This document shows, piece by piece, positions 41,265 to 51,618 of a DNA stretch of 64,000 nucleotides. The stretch's first letter is position 1. The number at the start of each line of letters is the position of its first letter. A model generated the notes under the pieces. It was not told the origin of the DNA and did not search any database. It was given only the letters and a program-made list of their open reading frames with translations. Position numbers and translations under genes: made by a program. The DNA comes from an uncultured delta proteobacterium (GTDB lineage Bacteria > Desulfobacterota > WTBG01 > CAIYCZ01 > CAIRTM01): the NCBI GenBank assembly GCA_963804955.1, contig CAWDSQ010000001.1, positions 114,905 through 178,904 of the forward strand, given 5' to 3'.

Positions 41265-41341
41265 AGTCAGGAGCCAGGAGTCAGAAGCCGGAAGTCAGAA
41301 GCCAGGAGTCAGAAGTCAGGATTCAGAATTCAGAAGCCAGA
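41265..41341 (+). repeat. Eleven tandem heptamers A(G/T)(T/C)C(A/G)G(A/G)
   Basis: AGTCAGG AGCCAGG AGTCAGA AGCCGGA AGTCAGA AGCCAGG AGTCAGA AGTCAGG ATTCAGA ATTCAGA AGCCAGA. Confidence 0.9.
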
Positions 41342-41369
41342 ATAAAGAAGGTAGAATACAAAACTCCGC

Positions 41370-41738
41370 ATGGAAAAGAAAACGGCGAAAACATTTCAGG
41401 ATCTGATTGTCTGGCAAAAAGCGCATTCCTTTGTTTTAAAGGCATATTCTTTCAGCCGCACATTCCCCAGGGAAGAAATGTTCGGACTGACAGCTCAATT
41501 CAGAAGAGCAGCGATATCCATAGCGGCAAATATCGCCGAAGGGTTTAAGAAGAGATCGAATAAAGACAAAGCTCGTTTCTACAACATAGCACAAGGCTCC
41601 ATTGAGGAATGTCGATACTATTTGATTCTGTCAGATGACATAGGCTACGGGAGCAACCCTGCGTTGTATGCACTGTTGGAAGAAACGAGTAAACTTCTGG
41701 AGTCCTATGTGGCTTCCATACAAAAAACTGAATTCTGA
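41370..41738 (+). CDS. Four-helix-bundle protein (23S rRNA IVS protein family)
   Basis: FQDLIVWQKAH, FP.EE.FGLT.Q.RRAA.SI.ANIAEG and F.NIAQGS.EE signature. Confidence 0.92.
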   Translation: MEKKTAKTFQDLIVWQKAHSFVLKAYSFSRTFPREEMFGLTAQFRRAAISIAANIAEGFKKRSNKDKARFYNIAQGSIEECRYYLILSDDIGYGSNPALYALLEETSKLLESYVASIQKTEF

Positions 41739-41788
41739 ATCCTTGTTGTTTGTTCTGCATACGGGCTGAATTCTGGATTCTGACTTCT
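41728..41788 (-). repeat. Reverse-complement heptamers matching the 41265-41341 array
   Basis: ACTGAAT TCTGAAT...GCTGAAT TCTGGAT TCTGACT; TCTGAAT and TCTGACT are reverse complements of ATTCAGA and AGTCAGA. Confidence 0.75.
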
Positions 41789-41809
41789 TTTTCAAAGGTT
41801 ATTTATTAC

Positions 41810-42576
41810 ATGTCCCAACCTGAACCCCATATCACCGTTACCGATCTGACCATGGCCTATGGCAGCTATGTGCTGCAGCATGACCTCACCTTCACGGTCA
41901 ACCGCGGCGATATTTTTATTATAATGGGCGGCAGCGGCTGCGGCAAAAGCACGCTGCTGCGGCATCTTGTGGGCCTGAAAGAACCGGCCAAAGGAAAAGT
42001 TGAGTACGGGTCCACAAACTTCTGGGATGCCGAGCCGGAGGAGCGCGACCGGCTCATGCGGGGCGTGGGCATACTCTATCAGAGCGGCGCTCTCTGGAGC
42101 TCCATGACTCTGGCGGAAAACATCGCCATGCCTCTTAAGGAATATACCGGCCTGAGCACTGTCTGAAATAGGCGAGATCGTGTCGCTCAAGCTCGCGCTC
42201 GTGGGCCTTGCAGGGTTTGACGACTACTACCCATCGGAAATCAGCGGCGGCATGAAAAAGCGCGCAGGCCTGGCCCGGGCCATGGCCCTTGACCCCGATA
42301 TTTTATTTTTCGACGAGCCTTCGGCAGGGCTTGGACCCGGTAAGCGCCAAGCAGCTCGATGATCTCATTCTCCAGCTGCGCGACAGCCTCGGGTCGACCA
42401 TCGTTGTGGTGACCCATGAGCTTGCGAGCATTTTCGCCATCGGCAATAACTCGGTATTTCTTGACCCTGATTCCAAGACCATGATCGCCGGGGGCGATCC
42501 CAAAAAGATGCTCAAGGAATGCCCCGACCCCAAGGTGCAGACTTTTTTGACCCGCGGGGCTACGTTTCATACATAA
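41810..42576 (+). CDS. mlaF: MlaF-family ABC ATP-binding protein, frameshifts near 42160 and 42330
   Basis: GGSGCGKST Walker [15 protein letters not shown] signature, [11 protein letters not shown] and VVTHEL. Confidence 0.88.
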
Positions 42577-42603
42577 CAGCTCTCTGGCAGGAGGAATTAT
42601 ACG

Positions 42604-43556
42604 GTGAGCAAACAGGTGAATAAAACGCTCATAGGCGGATTCGTCGTCGGCGCGATCGCACTGCTGGTTGTGGCGCTGGTGATTTTCGGCTCCGGCGAAT
42701 TTTTTCAAAGCGCGCGCCGACGTTTGTCATGTACTTTGAACGCTCGGTCAAGGGGCTCGAATGTGGGCTCGCCGGTGAACTTCAAAGGCGTTCCCATCGG
42801 GGCGGTGACCGACGTGCAGCTGCAGTTCAACGTCAAGGATCTGACGTCAAGATACCCGTGTTTGTTGAGCTGTATCCCGAGCGCATGTCGAGTGATAGGA
42901 GGGGAGCGCAATATCAGGAATAGTCATACAGCGGCTGATCGACAAGGGATTGCGGGCGCAGCTCAAGATGCAGAGCCTGATTACCGGCCAGCTCATGATC
43001 GAGCTTGATTTTTATGAACAACAAGCCCGCCGTGTTCGCGGGCGACGGCAAAATTCCTGAAATCCCCACGATTCCCGTCAAGCCTGAAGAGCTTATCCCG
43101 GACGCTGGCAAATATTCCGTTCGACAAGATCGCCGAGAAGCTGACGAAATCCATTGAAGGCATCGAGCGCATCATCAACTCGCCCGAGACTCGGCACGAC
43201 GCTTACATCGCTTGCTGCGGCCATCAAGGATATACAGACCCTGGTGCGCAATGTGGACGAAAAGATCGGGCCCTTGACCAGGGAGTATGGCGCTGCTGGC
43301 CACTAATGCCAACGAAGAGCTCGACAAGGTCAGCGCCGCCGTGGCAAAGATGCTGGAAGCAGCTGAAAAGGCCTCCGATCAGGCAAACAGGCTTATGGTA
43401 AAAACCGCCGATGTCACGTCGGCAAACTCGCCCGTCGTGTACGAACTCACCCGCAGCCTGCAGGATCTCTCGTCTGCGGCCCGGTCGCTGCGCACCATGT
43501 CGGATACTATTGCGCAGCACCCGGAATCGCTTTTATACGGCAAAGGAGGAAAATAA
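42604..43556 (+). CDS. mlaD: MlaD/MCE-family protein (several frameshifts)
   Basis: N-terminal TM, G.PVNFKGV.IG.V MCE motif, LRAQL..QSLITGQL and C-terminal HPESLLYGK. Confidence 0.78.
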
Positions 43557-43557
43557 T

Positions 43558-44159
43558 ATGAAAAGAAGAACATCAGCGCTTTTTGTTTTCGGTACTTTGT
43601 CTTGCTTGTCTGCGCGGGATGCGCGCGCTCGGCGCCGACACATTTTTATCTGCTGCAGCCGCTGAGCGGCCAGGAAGCGCAGGTGCGGACGCCGGACAGG
43701 TATTTGTTCGGGATCGGGCCTGTCGAAATTGCGGACTATCTCAAGCGCCAGCAGATCGCCAATCGCATCGATGCAGAATGAAATTTTATTTTCCGATTTC
43801 AACAGCTGGGCAGAGCCCCTGGACAGATGCGTGACTACGCGTGCTTTCGGAAAACCTCTCCGTGCTGCTGAACACCGACACATGTCGAGACCTATCCCGT
43901 GGCTCCCGTCGCTTCCCGTTGACTACCAGGTGCGGATGCGTATTGTCCGTTTTGACGGTACAACGGATGAAGAGGCGGTTCTGGTCGCGTACTGGAGCAT
44001 TTATGGCAGGGATGAGCGCCATGCTTGCAGATCGCAAATCCGTTGATCAGCGAAAAGATCGATGCGGGAGGCTTCGACGGGCTGGTGCAGGCTCAGAACA
44101 GGGCCCTTGAAAAGCTGAGCCGCGAAATAGCCGCGGCGCTGCAGAAAATCGCCCGATAA
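43558..44159 (+). CDS. PqiC-family membrane integrity lipoprotein (several frameshifts)
   Basis: THFYLL, GIGPVEI.DYL.RQQI, WAEPL, I.RFDG and LSREIAAAL across frames; follows mlaD. Confidence 0.72.
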
Positions 44160-44359
44160 ATTTACTGACGATATATGCACACTTAGTTCAAATCCCCACA
44201 AAAGAGGGAGCGAAAAAATTCCCCTTTTTCAAAGGGGGATTAAACAGCCAACTTATTTTTTTCGTATAAAATTAATAGTGCCCCCTTGTTTGCGGGGCGC
44301 TGTACTGAGAGGCTTGCGTCTATCAAGAGCGCCTGACGTGGAGCAGGGGGTATCGTGCC

Positions 44360-45376
44360 ATGAGGAGTATGAAATCATTTTCCGAAATCTGCGCCCGCGC
44401 TGCTGCCGCCCTTCTTGTGGCGGTCATGACGCTGTGGTGTATGAGCGCCATCTACTATGCCGACTTTCAAAGCAGCACGGTGCGGGCGGCAGCGGCAGGC
44501 CTGTTCGGACTTGCAACCGTCTGCGGCTTTGCCTTTGTGCCGAACCGGCGCCGCACGCTGGCCTGTTTCCTCGTCGCCTTTGCCGTTACTGTGGCCTGGT
44601 GGACAACGATACAGCCCTCCAACCGCCGCGACTGGCAGCAGGATGTTGCCGTACTGCCCTGGGCTACGATACAGGGGCCTCTGGTCACGCTGCACAATAT
44701 CCGCAACTTTACCTACCGCACCGAGATTGATTGTACTCCCCGTTATTATGACAAAACTTTTGACACTGCAAAGCTCAGCGCGGTAGATCTCATCGCCGTG
44801 TACTGGATGGGGGATGCCATCGCCCATATCATGCTCAGCTTCGGCTTTGGCGGCTCGGACTATGTGGTCTTTTCCATAGAAACCCGTAAGGAAAAGCACG
44901 AGGCATATTCCTCTATCAAGGGGTTTTTCAAGCAGTATGAGCTTATCTATGTAGTGGGCGACGAGCGCGACCTGATACGGGTGCGCACCGACTACCGCAG
45001 TCCGCAGGAAGATGTGTACCTGTACCGCCTGCGCATTGCGCCGGAGGGAGCGAGGCAGCTTTTTCTGGAATATGTGAAAAAGATCAACCAGCTCCGCGGC
45101 GAGCCTGAATTTTACAATACCCTGACCACCAACTGCACGACCGATGTGGTTGCCCTGGCACGGGCCCTTGGCGGCGCTGTCAGGTACAACTGGAAAGTGC
45201 TGCTGAGCGGCTATGCTCCCGAGTATGTCTATGAGCTCGGCAAGCTCGACACCCGGCTGCCGTTCCCCGAACTCAGGCGGCAAAGCCTCATCAACCGGCG
45301 GGCTCACGAAGCAGGCGACGACCCGGCTTTTTCAGAAAAGATCAGGCAGGGGCTTCCCGGGGCTGACGGGCGGTAA
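44360..45376 (+). CDS. DUF4105 / Lnb N-terminal-domain membrane protein
   Basis: PSN.RDW, HNIRNF.YR, AHIMLSFGF, SIETRKE and FYNTLTTNCTT. Confidence 0.82.
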   Translation: MRSMKSFSEICARAAAALLVAVMTLWCMSAIYYADFQSSTVRAAAAGLFGLATVCGFAFVPNRRRTLACFLVAFAVTVAWWTTIQPSNRRDWQQDVAVLPWATIQGPLVTLHNIRNFTYRTEIDCTPRYYDKTFDTAKLSAVDLIAVYWMGDAIAHIMLSFGFGGSDYVVFSIETRKEKHEAYSSIKGFFKQYELIYVVGDERDLIRVRTDYRSPQEDVYLYRLRIAPEGARQLFLEYVKKINQLRGEPEFYNTLTTNCTTDVVALARALGGAVRYNWKVLLSGYAPEYVYELGKLDTRLPFPELRRQSLINRRAHEAGDDPAFSEKIRQGLPGADGR

Positions 45377-45411
45377 AAGCGCAGCTTCGCAGCTGTTTTT
45401 AAGGCGATTAT

Positions 45412-48400
45412 ATGATCATGAAGAAAAAAAGCCTGATCGTCATCCTTGCCTGCGTCCTGGCTTTCACAGGCCTTGCAGTGTGCGTGCCGCTGCTTTTTGA
45501 TCATGCCGTTCTAAAAAATAAAATCTCCCGCGAGCTTTCACGCGCTCTCCATGCCGATGTGCGAATAGAACGCCTTGGCCTTTCGCTGCTTATGCGCCCC
45601 CATCTTTCTCTGCATGGGGTGACGTGCAGTGTTCAGAAAAGCTACTCCCTTGCCATACAGGAGGCTTATATATATCCATCGCTGCAGGCCCTGCTTGCCG
45701 GAAAACTGGAGCCCGGGCTTATCAGCCTTGAGGCGCCGGAACTTCATTTTCAACTGCCCCGGCAGCAGGCTGCGGACAAGCCCGGCGCCTCCCCTGAAGA
45801 AAAACAAAAAAAAGCAGCCGCTTTCATTGAGGCAGCGATGCAGAGCATGCCTGCCTGCGAGCTTGAAATAAGCGACGGCACTGCAGGCATTGCAGCTGCC
45901 TGACGGCACGGAGTTTGTTTTGAATGCTTTTGACGGTGAGATGGCTCTCTTGGCAGGCGGGTGTGCATCTTTCTGTCAGCTGCGTATCGCAACTCTGGGA
46001 AAAACTGGCTTTTACGGCTCAGTATCGCCCTGCCACTGCATCCGGTGCTGAGGCTGAGGGCAGCGCGCCTGCAGTTCGTCTGGCTCTTGAGGCCCGGGCC
46101 ATAGATATCCCCGCGAGCAGGGACATGCTCCGTGCCTTTGCAGGAACATATCCTCTGGTCAGCAGCATCTGCGAAAAAATACACGGCGGAGAAATTCGCT
46201 CTGTTTCCCTGACGGCACAGCTTCTTCGTATTTCCGATCCCCTGGCAAGCGCCGTTATCAGCGGTCGCGGCAGATTTGAGAATATGCATGTGGCTTTTCC
46301 GGATATGGGCCTTGATGTGAAAGAGCTGGCCGGTGACTTCGAACTGGACAATGGCAGCATTGCGGCAACCAGTATCAGTGCGCGGCACGGCAAGTCCCGC
46401 ATACAGGAGTCTGTTGTGCGACTGGACAGGGCGCGCGGGTTTACACCATCTCTTTTTACCGCAGAATTCGACCTTGATCTTTCGGAAACCCCCGGCCTGC
46501 TGCATTTGATTCCGGCGCCTGCTGTGCGCAGCGAGATTGAGCGCATCAAAAACCCGCGGGGCACAGCGCGAGGAACATTCACGCTGCGCGCGGAAGGAGA
46601 TGCCTATAGCACGGAGATAGCCGTTAAGGAACTGCTGCTGCAATCAGCCTACCGCAGTTTTCCCCCGGACCTTGAGCTGCGGCGGGGCATGTGCACCTAC
46701 CGCGCCGGCCTGCTGTCATTTTCTGATTTTTCCGGTAAACTCGGCTCCTCAACGCTGCCGGATTTTTCGCTCTCCTTCAGCCTGCGCGATGATAATGATC
46801 AGTTCACTGCCACGGGAAAGGGAGCAACGGTAGCGCTTGGTGATCTGCACAAGATTCTCGCATCGTTTGAGCCCTCACGGGCTCTCATCGAGAACATAAC
46901 GGGCGCAGACGGCAGGGTGCAGATTCAGGATTTCGCCCTGAGCGGGCCGCTGACAAAGACTGCAAAATGGAGCGTGGCGCTTGACGCAACCGTAGACAAC
47001 CTCTCGCTTGCCGCAGCAGGGTTTGACGGCCCGGTAGCGGTGAAAAGCGGAGTTCTCAAGGCCGACCAGCACGCATGCATACTGTCGCAGGCTGATATGA
47101 CCTTTCTTGACGCCACACTTGCAGGCTCCCTTACTCTTGAAGGGTATCTCGCAGGCCTGACCGCGGCAAAGGCCAATGTCCGCGGCACGCTGGGTGAAAA
47201 GGCCCTTGCCTCAGCCCCGGTCTATCTCGGCCTGCATCCTGCTGTGTCGCTGCGCGCCCCGGTAAAAATTGAGCAGTGCCGGCTTATCTGGCATCGCGGC
47301 GGGGTGACGACATGTGCCGCAGACTTTTCACTGGCCCGCAACATCAAGGCAGGCCTGAACCTGCGGGCAGACAACACGACCCTTGAAATAAAAGAGCTCA
47401 AGATCAGCGATTCAGATTCGCAGTGCAGGCTGGGGATGAAAATCCAGGAAGATCTTGTTTCTATTGTCTATGCTGGCATGCTGAAGAAAGCAACTCTTGA
47501 CGGCGCGCTGCTGCAAAATTCGTTTTTGCAGGGGTGGATACAGGGCGACTTCAAAGCAGCATTCAATCAAAAAAACCCACGAGCCTCCTCAGCCCGGGGA
47601 ACGCTGAGCTGGGAGAAGGCCGGGTATCCGGCCTTTGATGCGTCACCCGTCAACATCACCAGCGCCTCGATTATTGCCCGCGGCAGCAAGCTGGTCGTTG
47701 AGTCCGCAGGCCTCACGGCGGGGCAGGATTCTGCCGGCCTGGGCGGCAGCGTCGGCTTTGCTGACGAAGGTTTTGTGATGGACCTTCACCTGTCTGCCGA
47801 CAGCATAGACCTGGATGCGTTTAAGAATCTGTTGCCCGGCGACAATGCATCATCGGGAGGCCCTGCCGATGAATTCTGGGAAACACCCCTTCGGGGAACG
47901 GTCAGGCTGAAGGCCCGTGAACTCAAAAAGAATCCATTTGTGTGCATGCCATTCAATGCCCTTTTTTCCTTTGCCGATAAAGCGGTAACAATAACAACCG
48001 GGGATACGAAAATATGCAGCATTGCGCTTCCCGCCACAGTGCGGATAATACCGGAAGCCATTACGCTTGAGGCCCATCCCCGGGTTGTGAAAAGCCCCAT
48101 GAAAGAGGTGTTCCAGTGCTTAACCGGCGAAAAGGCGATCATAACCGGTACGGTTGATATAGAAGGCTCTGTGCGGTCAGAGGGAAAACCCGATGCTTTG
48201 CTTGACGCCCTTGCGGGAAATTTTTCAATAACAGCTCAGGACGGGCGCATTTACAAGTCGGGCCTGTTTGCCAAAATACTGTCATTTCTGAGCATCTCGA
48301 ACCTGCTCAGCGGCGGCATACGCGATATGGCAAAAGAAGGCTATGCCTACCAGTCATTGCGCATAGAGGGGGCACTACAGGGGCAAACCATGCAGGTGCG

Positions 48401-48731
48401 CAAGGCAGTTCTTATCAGCAGCTCGTTTACCCTGGTCTGCCAGGGAACACTAAACCTTAAAAGCAGGGAGGTGGATCTTGATGCGCTGGCAACGCCGTTT
48501 CAGATTCAGAATCAGGTGCTTTCAAGAATCCCCCTGGTGGGCTCTGCTCTGAGTCAACCGATGCTTGGTGTGCCATTGAAAATAAGGGGCATGCTCGACG
48601 ATCCGCAGATAAGCACCCGGGCAACCGCTGCCGTGACAAAAGGCCTTATGGATATCACCAAAGATGTCATAAAGCTTCCCATTAGAATTATAGACCCCTT
48701 TTTGCTGAAAAAATCGTCTGAAAAGGAATAG
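45412..48731 (+). CDS. AsmA-like/YhdP-type large periplasmic protein (frameshifts at about 45885-45960)
   Basis: N-terminal TM anchor, long beta-rich body and AsmA_2-like C-terminus (RIPLVG...GMLDDPQI). Confidence 0.75.
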
Positions 48732-48920
48732 CCTTGCATGTGTCCGCTTATCACCAAAAGACAGTGGCGAAGTGCGCAGGGGACTTGCGCATCCTGGCAG
48801 CAGGCCCCGGGACAAAGGGCTTAAAATAAAGTAGTGTAATTTCTTTTGTTTTGTACTAGACATGTAGCCTATACCCCATTATGGGGCATGAAGAGCATTC
48901 TGTTATACACGGGAGGAAGT

Positions 48921-51005
48921 ATGCGGCCGCATTTTTTTATCCGCCATAAAAAGATAGCCCAAGCATGCCTTCGACTTTTGGTTTGTTGTCTTTTTCTCCA
49001 GCCAGCCACAAACGTATTGGCCCAAGCTGAAGCCATAAGCAAAGCCGACTTCACCACCTACAGCCTTCAAGAGCTCATGGACATGGAGCTTGTCTCGGCT
49101 GCAAAAAAGCCGCAGACGCCTTATGAAAGCGCTTCGGCTGTTTTCGTGATAACGCAGGAAGACATACGCCGCAGCGGCGCAGTGAACCTGCCCGAGGTGC
49201 TGCGCATGGCGCCGGGCATACAGGTGCTGCGGGCCGGGCCCGGCGTCTTTGCAGTTACCAGCAGAGGCTTTCTGGGTAAATACGCCAATAAGCTGCTGGT
49301 GATGATCGACGGCAGAAGCATTTATTCTTCCACCTATTCCGGCGTGTTCTGGTCATATAATGATATCATGCTGGAGAACATCGAGCGCATTGAAGTGATA
49401 CGGGGCCCGGGCGCAACGCTGTGGGGCGCAAATGCCGTGAACGGCGTCATCAATATCATTACAAAAAGCGCTAAGGATATGCAGGGCGGCCTTGGCGTGG
49501 CCACCGTGAGCAACGGGGAAGGCTATGACGCCCTTCGCTACGGCGTCAGGCTGCAAGAAAAAATGTATCTTACCGCCTACGGCAAGTACATGCATTTCGG
49601 CAATGTCATAAATGAAAAAATCGATGACCGGCGCCAGAAAAATGTCGGCGCCCGGCTCGACTGGGACATGACAGAGAGCGACAAGCTGTTTGTGTCCGCC
49701 CAGTATTTTGACGGTGATGAAAGCGGGAGCCTCAGCCGCCCGATTTTTATTCCCCCGCTGGTAAAAGCAGAAGTTGAAAATGAGGCTGAAACCACAGGCG
49801 GGCATTTTCTGTCACGGTGGGACCACACCTTTTCCCCGACCTCGGCCATGTCGCTGCAGGTCTATTACAATCATACCTTCAACAGGGGCGACAGGTCGAC
49901 CGAGTATCCGCCCGCCCGCGGCAGCAGCGACTTGAAAGATGATGTGGCCCGGGAAAGCGCCTCTGACATTGATTTCCAGCATACCTTTGCTTTGGGCAGC
50001 CGCAACAGTATCGTCTGGGGCCTCAATGCCCGCTACACCAAACTGCACAAGCAGGATAGAAATATATTTTATACGCTTCAGGACGAGACCGCGCGGCAGA
50101 AGCTCTACAGCTTTTTTGTCCAGGATGAGCTTGTGCTGGTTCCGGAGCGGCTTAACCTGATAGTGGGATCAAAATTCGAGTATACTTCCTATACGCAGCT
50201 CGAAATTCAGCCGAGCATCCGTTTGCTCTATACGCCTTCGCAGACGCAGACCTTCTGGGCAGCGGTTTCACGGGCCGCGAGAACGCCGTCTTTTCTTGAA
50301 AATGAGGGCATTCTTCCCGCCGCTTTTGTTAAGCGCGGCAGCCTGTTTCCCCTGTCGCCGCCGGGCAAGGTCGAAATTCAGGGAACGGATGATTTCTCCT
50401 CGGAAGACCTCATCGCCTATGAGCTCGGCCACCGGGTGCAGCTGACGCCCCGCCTCTCCCTTGACACAGCTCTTTTCTATAATGTCTATGACAATCTGCG
50501 GACCTTCGAGCCGGCATCGATGCAGACCCGGCAGGGATATTTCATTGTTCCCCTGGCCGTTGACAACAAGATGGACGGCAGGAGCTACGGGGGGGAACTG
50601 GCCGCAAACTGGCAGGTGCTGCCGCAGTGGCGGCTGCAGACCACCTATTCATATATCAGGATGAATTTAACGCCCGACACGGACAGCCGGGACGGCACAG
50701 CCGAATATGATGAAGATTTGAGCCCTGAGAACACATTCACGCTCAGATCGCTGTACAGCATCACCCCGTCGCTTGAATGCGACATAAGCCTTTATTTTAT
50801 GGATGGGGTTGAGCGCCTGAACAACCCGAGCCATACCGATCTGACCATCCGTCTGGGCTGGAAACCCTTAAAAAATCTCATAATAGAGGGCATCGGCTAC
50901 AACCTGATCGACAATAAGTATAAGGCTTTCAGGGATGACATTTATGCCCGTGGCGACAATAAAGTGCGCAGGGTTTTTTACGGCAGGGTAACCGTTGAAT
51001 TTTAG
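48921..51005 (+). CDS. TonB-dependent receptor
   Basis: Plug motifs VITQEDIRRSG, LRMAPG, LLVMIDGR, IERIEVIRGPGATLWGANAVNGVINIITK; terminal Phe; GGGAGG RBS. Confidence 0.92.
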   Translation: MRPHFFIRHKKIAQACLRLLVCCLFLQPATNVLAQAEAISKADFTTYSLQELMDMELVSAAKKPQTPYESASAVFVITQEDIRRSGAVNLPEVLRMAPGIQVLRAGPGVFAVTSRGFLGKYANKLLVMIDGRSIYSSTYSGVFWSYNDIMLENIERIEVIRGPGATLWGANAVNGVINIITKSAKDMQGGLGVATVSNGEGYDALRYGVRLQEKMYLTAYGKYMHFGNVINEKIDDRRQKNVGARLDWDMTESDKLFVSAQYFDGDESGSLSRPIFIPPLVKAEVENEAETTGGHFLSRWDHTFSPTSAMSLQVYYNHTFNRGDRSTEYPPARGSSDLKDDVARESASDIDFQHTFALGSRNSIVWGLNARYTKLHKQDRNIFYTLQDETARQKLYSFFVQDELVLVPERLNLIVGSKFEYTSYTQLEIQPSIRLLYTPSQTQTFWAAVSRAARTPSFLENEGILPAAFVKRGSLFPLSPPGKVEIQGTDDFSSEDLIAYELGHRVQLTPRLSLDTALFYNVYDNLRTFEPASMQTRQGYFIVPLAVDNKMDGRSYGGELAANWQVLPQWRLQTTYSYIRMNLTPDTDSRDGTAEYDEDLSPENTFTLRSLYSITPSLECDISLYFMDGVERLNNPSHTDLTIRLGWKPLKNLIIEGIGYNLIDNKYKAFRDDIYARGDNKVRRVFYGRVTVEF

Positions 51006-51041
51006 CGCATGTTTATTTAATTTTTTCTGTGACGAAGGCAC

Positions 51042-51617
51042 ATGGCTGAACTGAACACACAACTTAAAAAGCTGCGCCCTGCTCTCGGAGCAGTGCTCTG
51101 TGTGTGTGTATGGCTGTGTTCATGTGAACTCTGGGCTCAATCGGCTGCAGAGCAGGAACAGAACATAAAGGTCGGCTTTATCTATAATTTCGCCCTTTTT
51201 GCCCAATGGCCTGAAAAAGCTTTCAAAGACACTGCCTCTCCCCTTGCACTCTGTATTGCAGGAGACAAGGCTGCGGTACAGGCATTTGAACCGTTGACAA
51301 CAAAAAAGATTCTGGGCCGGCCTGTCAGGGTACATGCCTTTGGCGATAATGCTACGCTCCACTCCTGCCATATTATCTACATTAGCTCAACAAACAAAGC
51401 CGAAGCAGCCGATCTGCTGCGCCGCGCAAGCAGGCCCGGCGCTTTGACTGTGGGCGATCTGGACGGGTTCTGCCAGCTCGGGGGAATTATTAATTTTTAC
51501 CGGGAAAACAACAAGCTGCGCTTTGAAATAAACACGGATGCCGCGGGGCGGGCAGGCTTAAAACTCAGCTCCCAGCTTTTGAAGCTTGCAAAAATCGTCA
51601 GGGAAGAGAAGCCGTAA
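51042..51617 (+). CDS. YfiR-family periplasmic protein (DUF4154)
   Basis: IKVGFIYNFALFAQWP, CHIIYI, LTVGD, LRFEIN and LKLSSQLLKLA. Confidence 0.88.
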   Translation: MAELNTQLKKLRPALGAVLCVCVWLCSCELWAQSAAEQEQNIKVGFIYNFALFAQWPEKAFKDTASPLALCIAGDKAAVQAFEPLTTKKILGRPVRVHAFGDNATLHSCHIIYISSTNKAEAADLLRRASRPGALTVGDLDGFCQLGGIINFYRENNKLRFEINTDAAGRAGLKLSSQLLKLAKIVREEKP

Positions 51618-51618
51618 T

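Noticed and set aside
41265..41341. CRISPR array
   Set aside because: Contiguous 7-mers with no spacers; no cas genes in the window.
41370..41738. Diversity-generating retroelement (Avd-like gene)
   Set aside because: No reverse transcriptase and no TR/VR pair differing at adenines seen; the DUF3313 and DUF6515 paralogs look like ordinary gene duplicates.
42164..42166. TGA in mlaF as a recoding site
   Set aside because: The conserved ABC sequence continues in a different frame ([10 protein letters not shown]), so this is an indel, not readthrough.
44200..44245. Hairpin TCCCCCTTTTTCAAAGGGGGA after pqiC as an sRNA
   Set aside because: A single short stem, more simply a REP remnant or terminator-like structure; nothing else supports an RNA gene.
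45901..45903. TGA in the AsmA-like gene as another selenocysteine codon
   Set aside because: The same frame hits further stops within a few codons and the coding sense continues in other frames, so it results from frameshifts.
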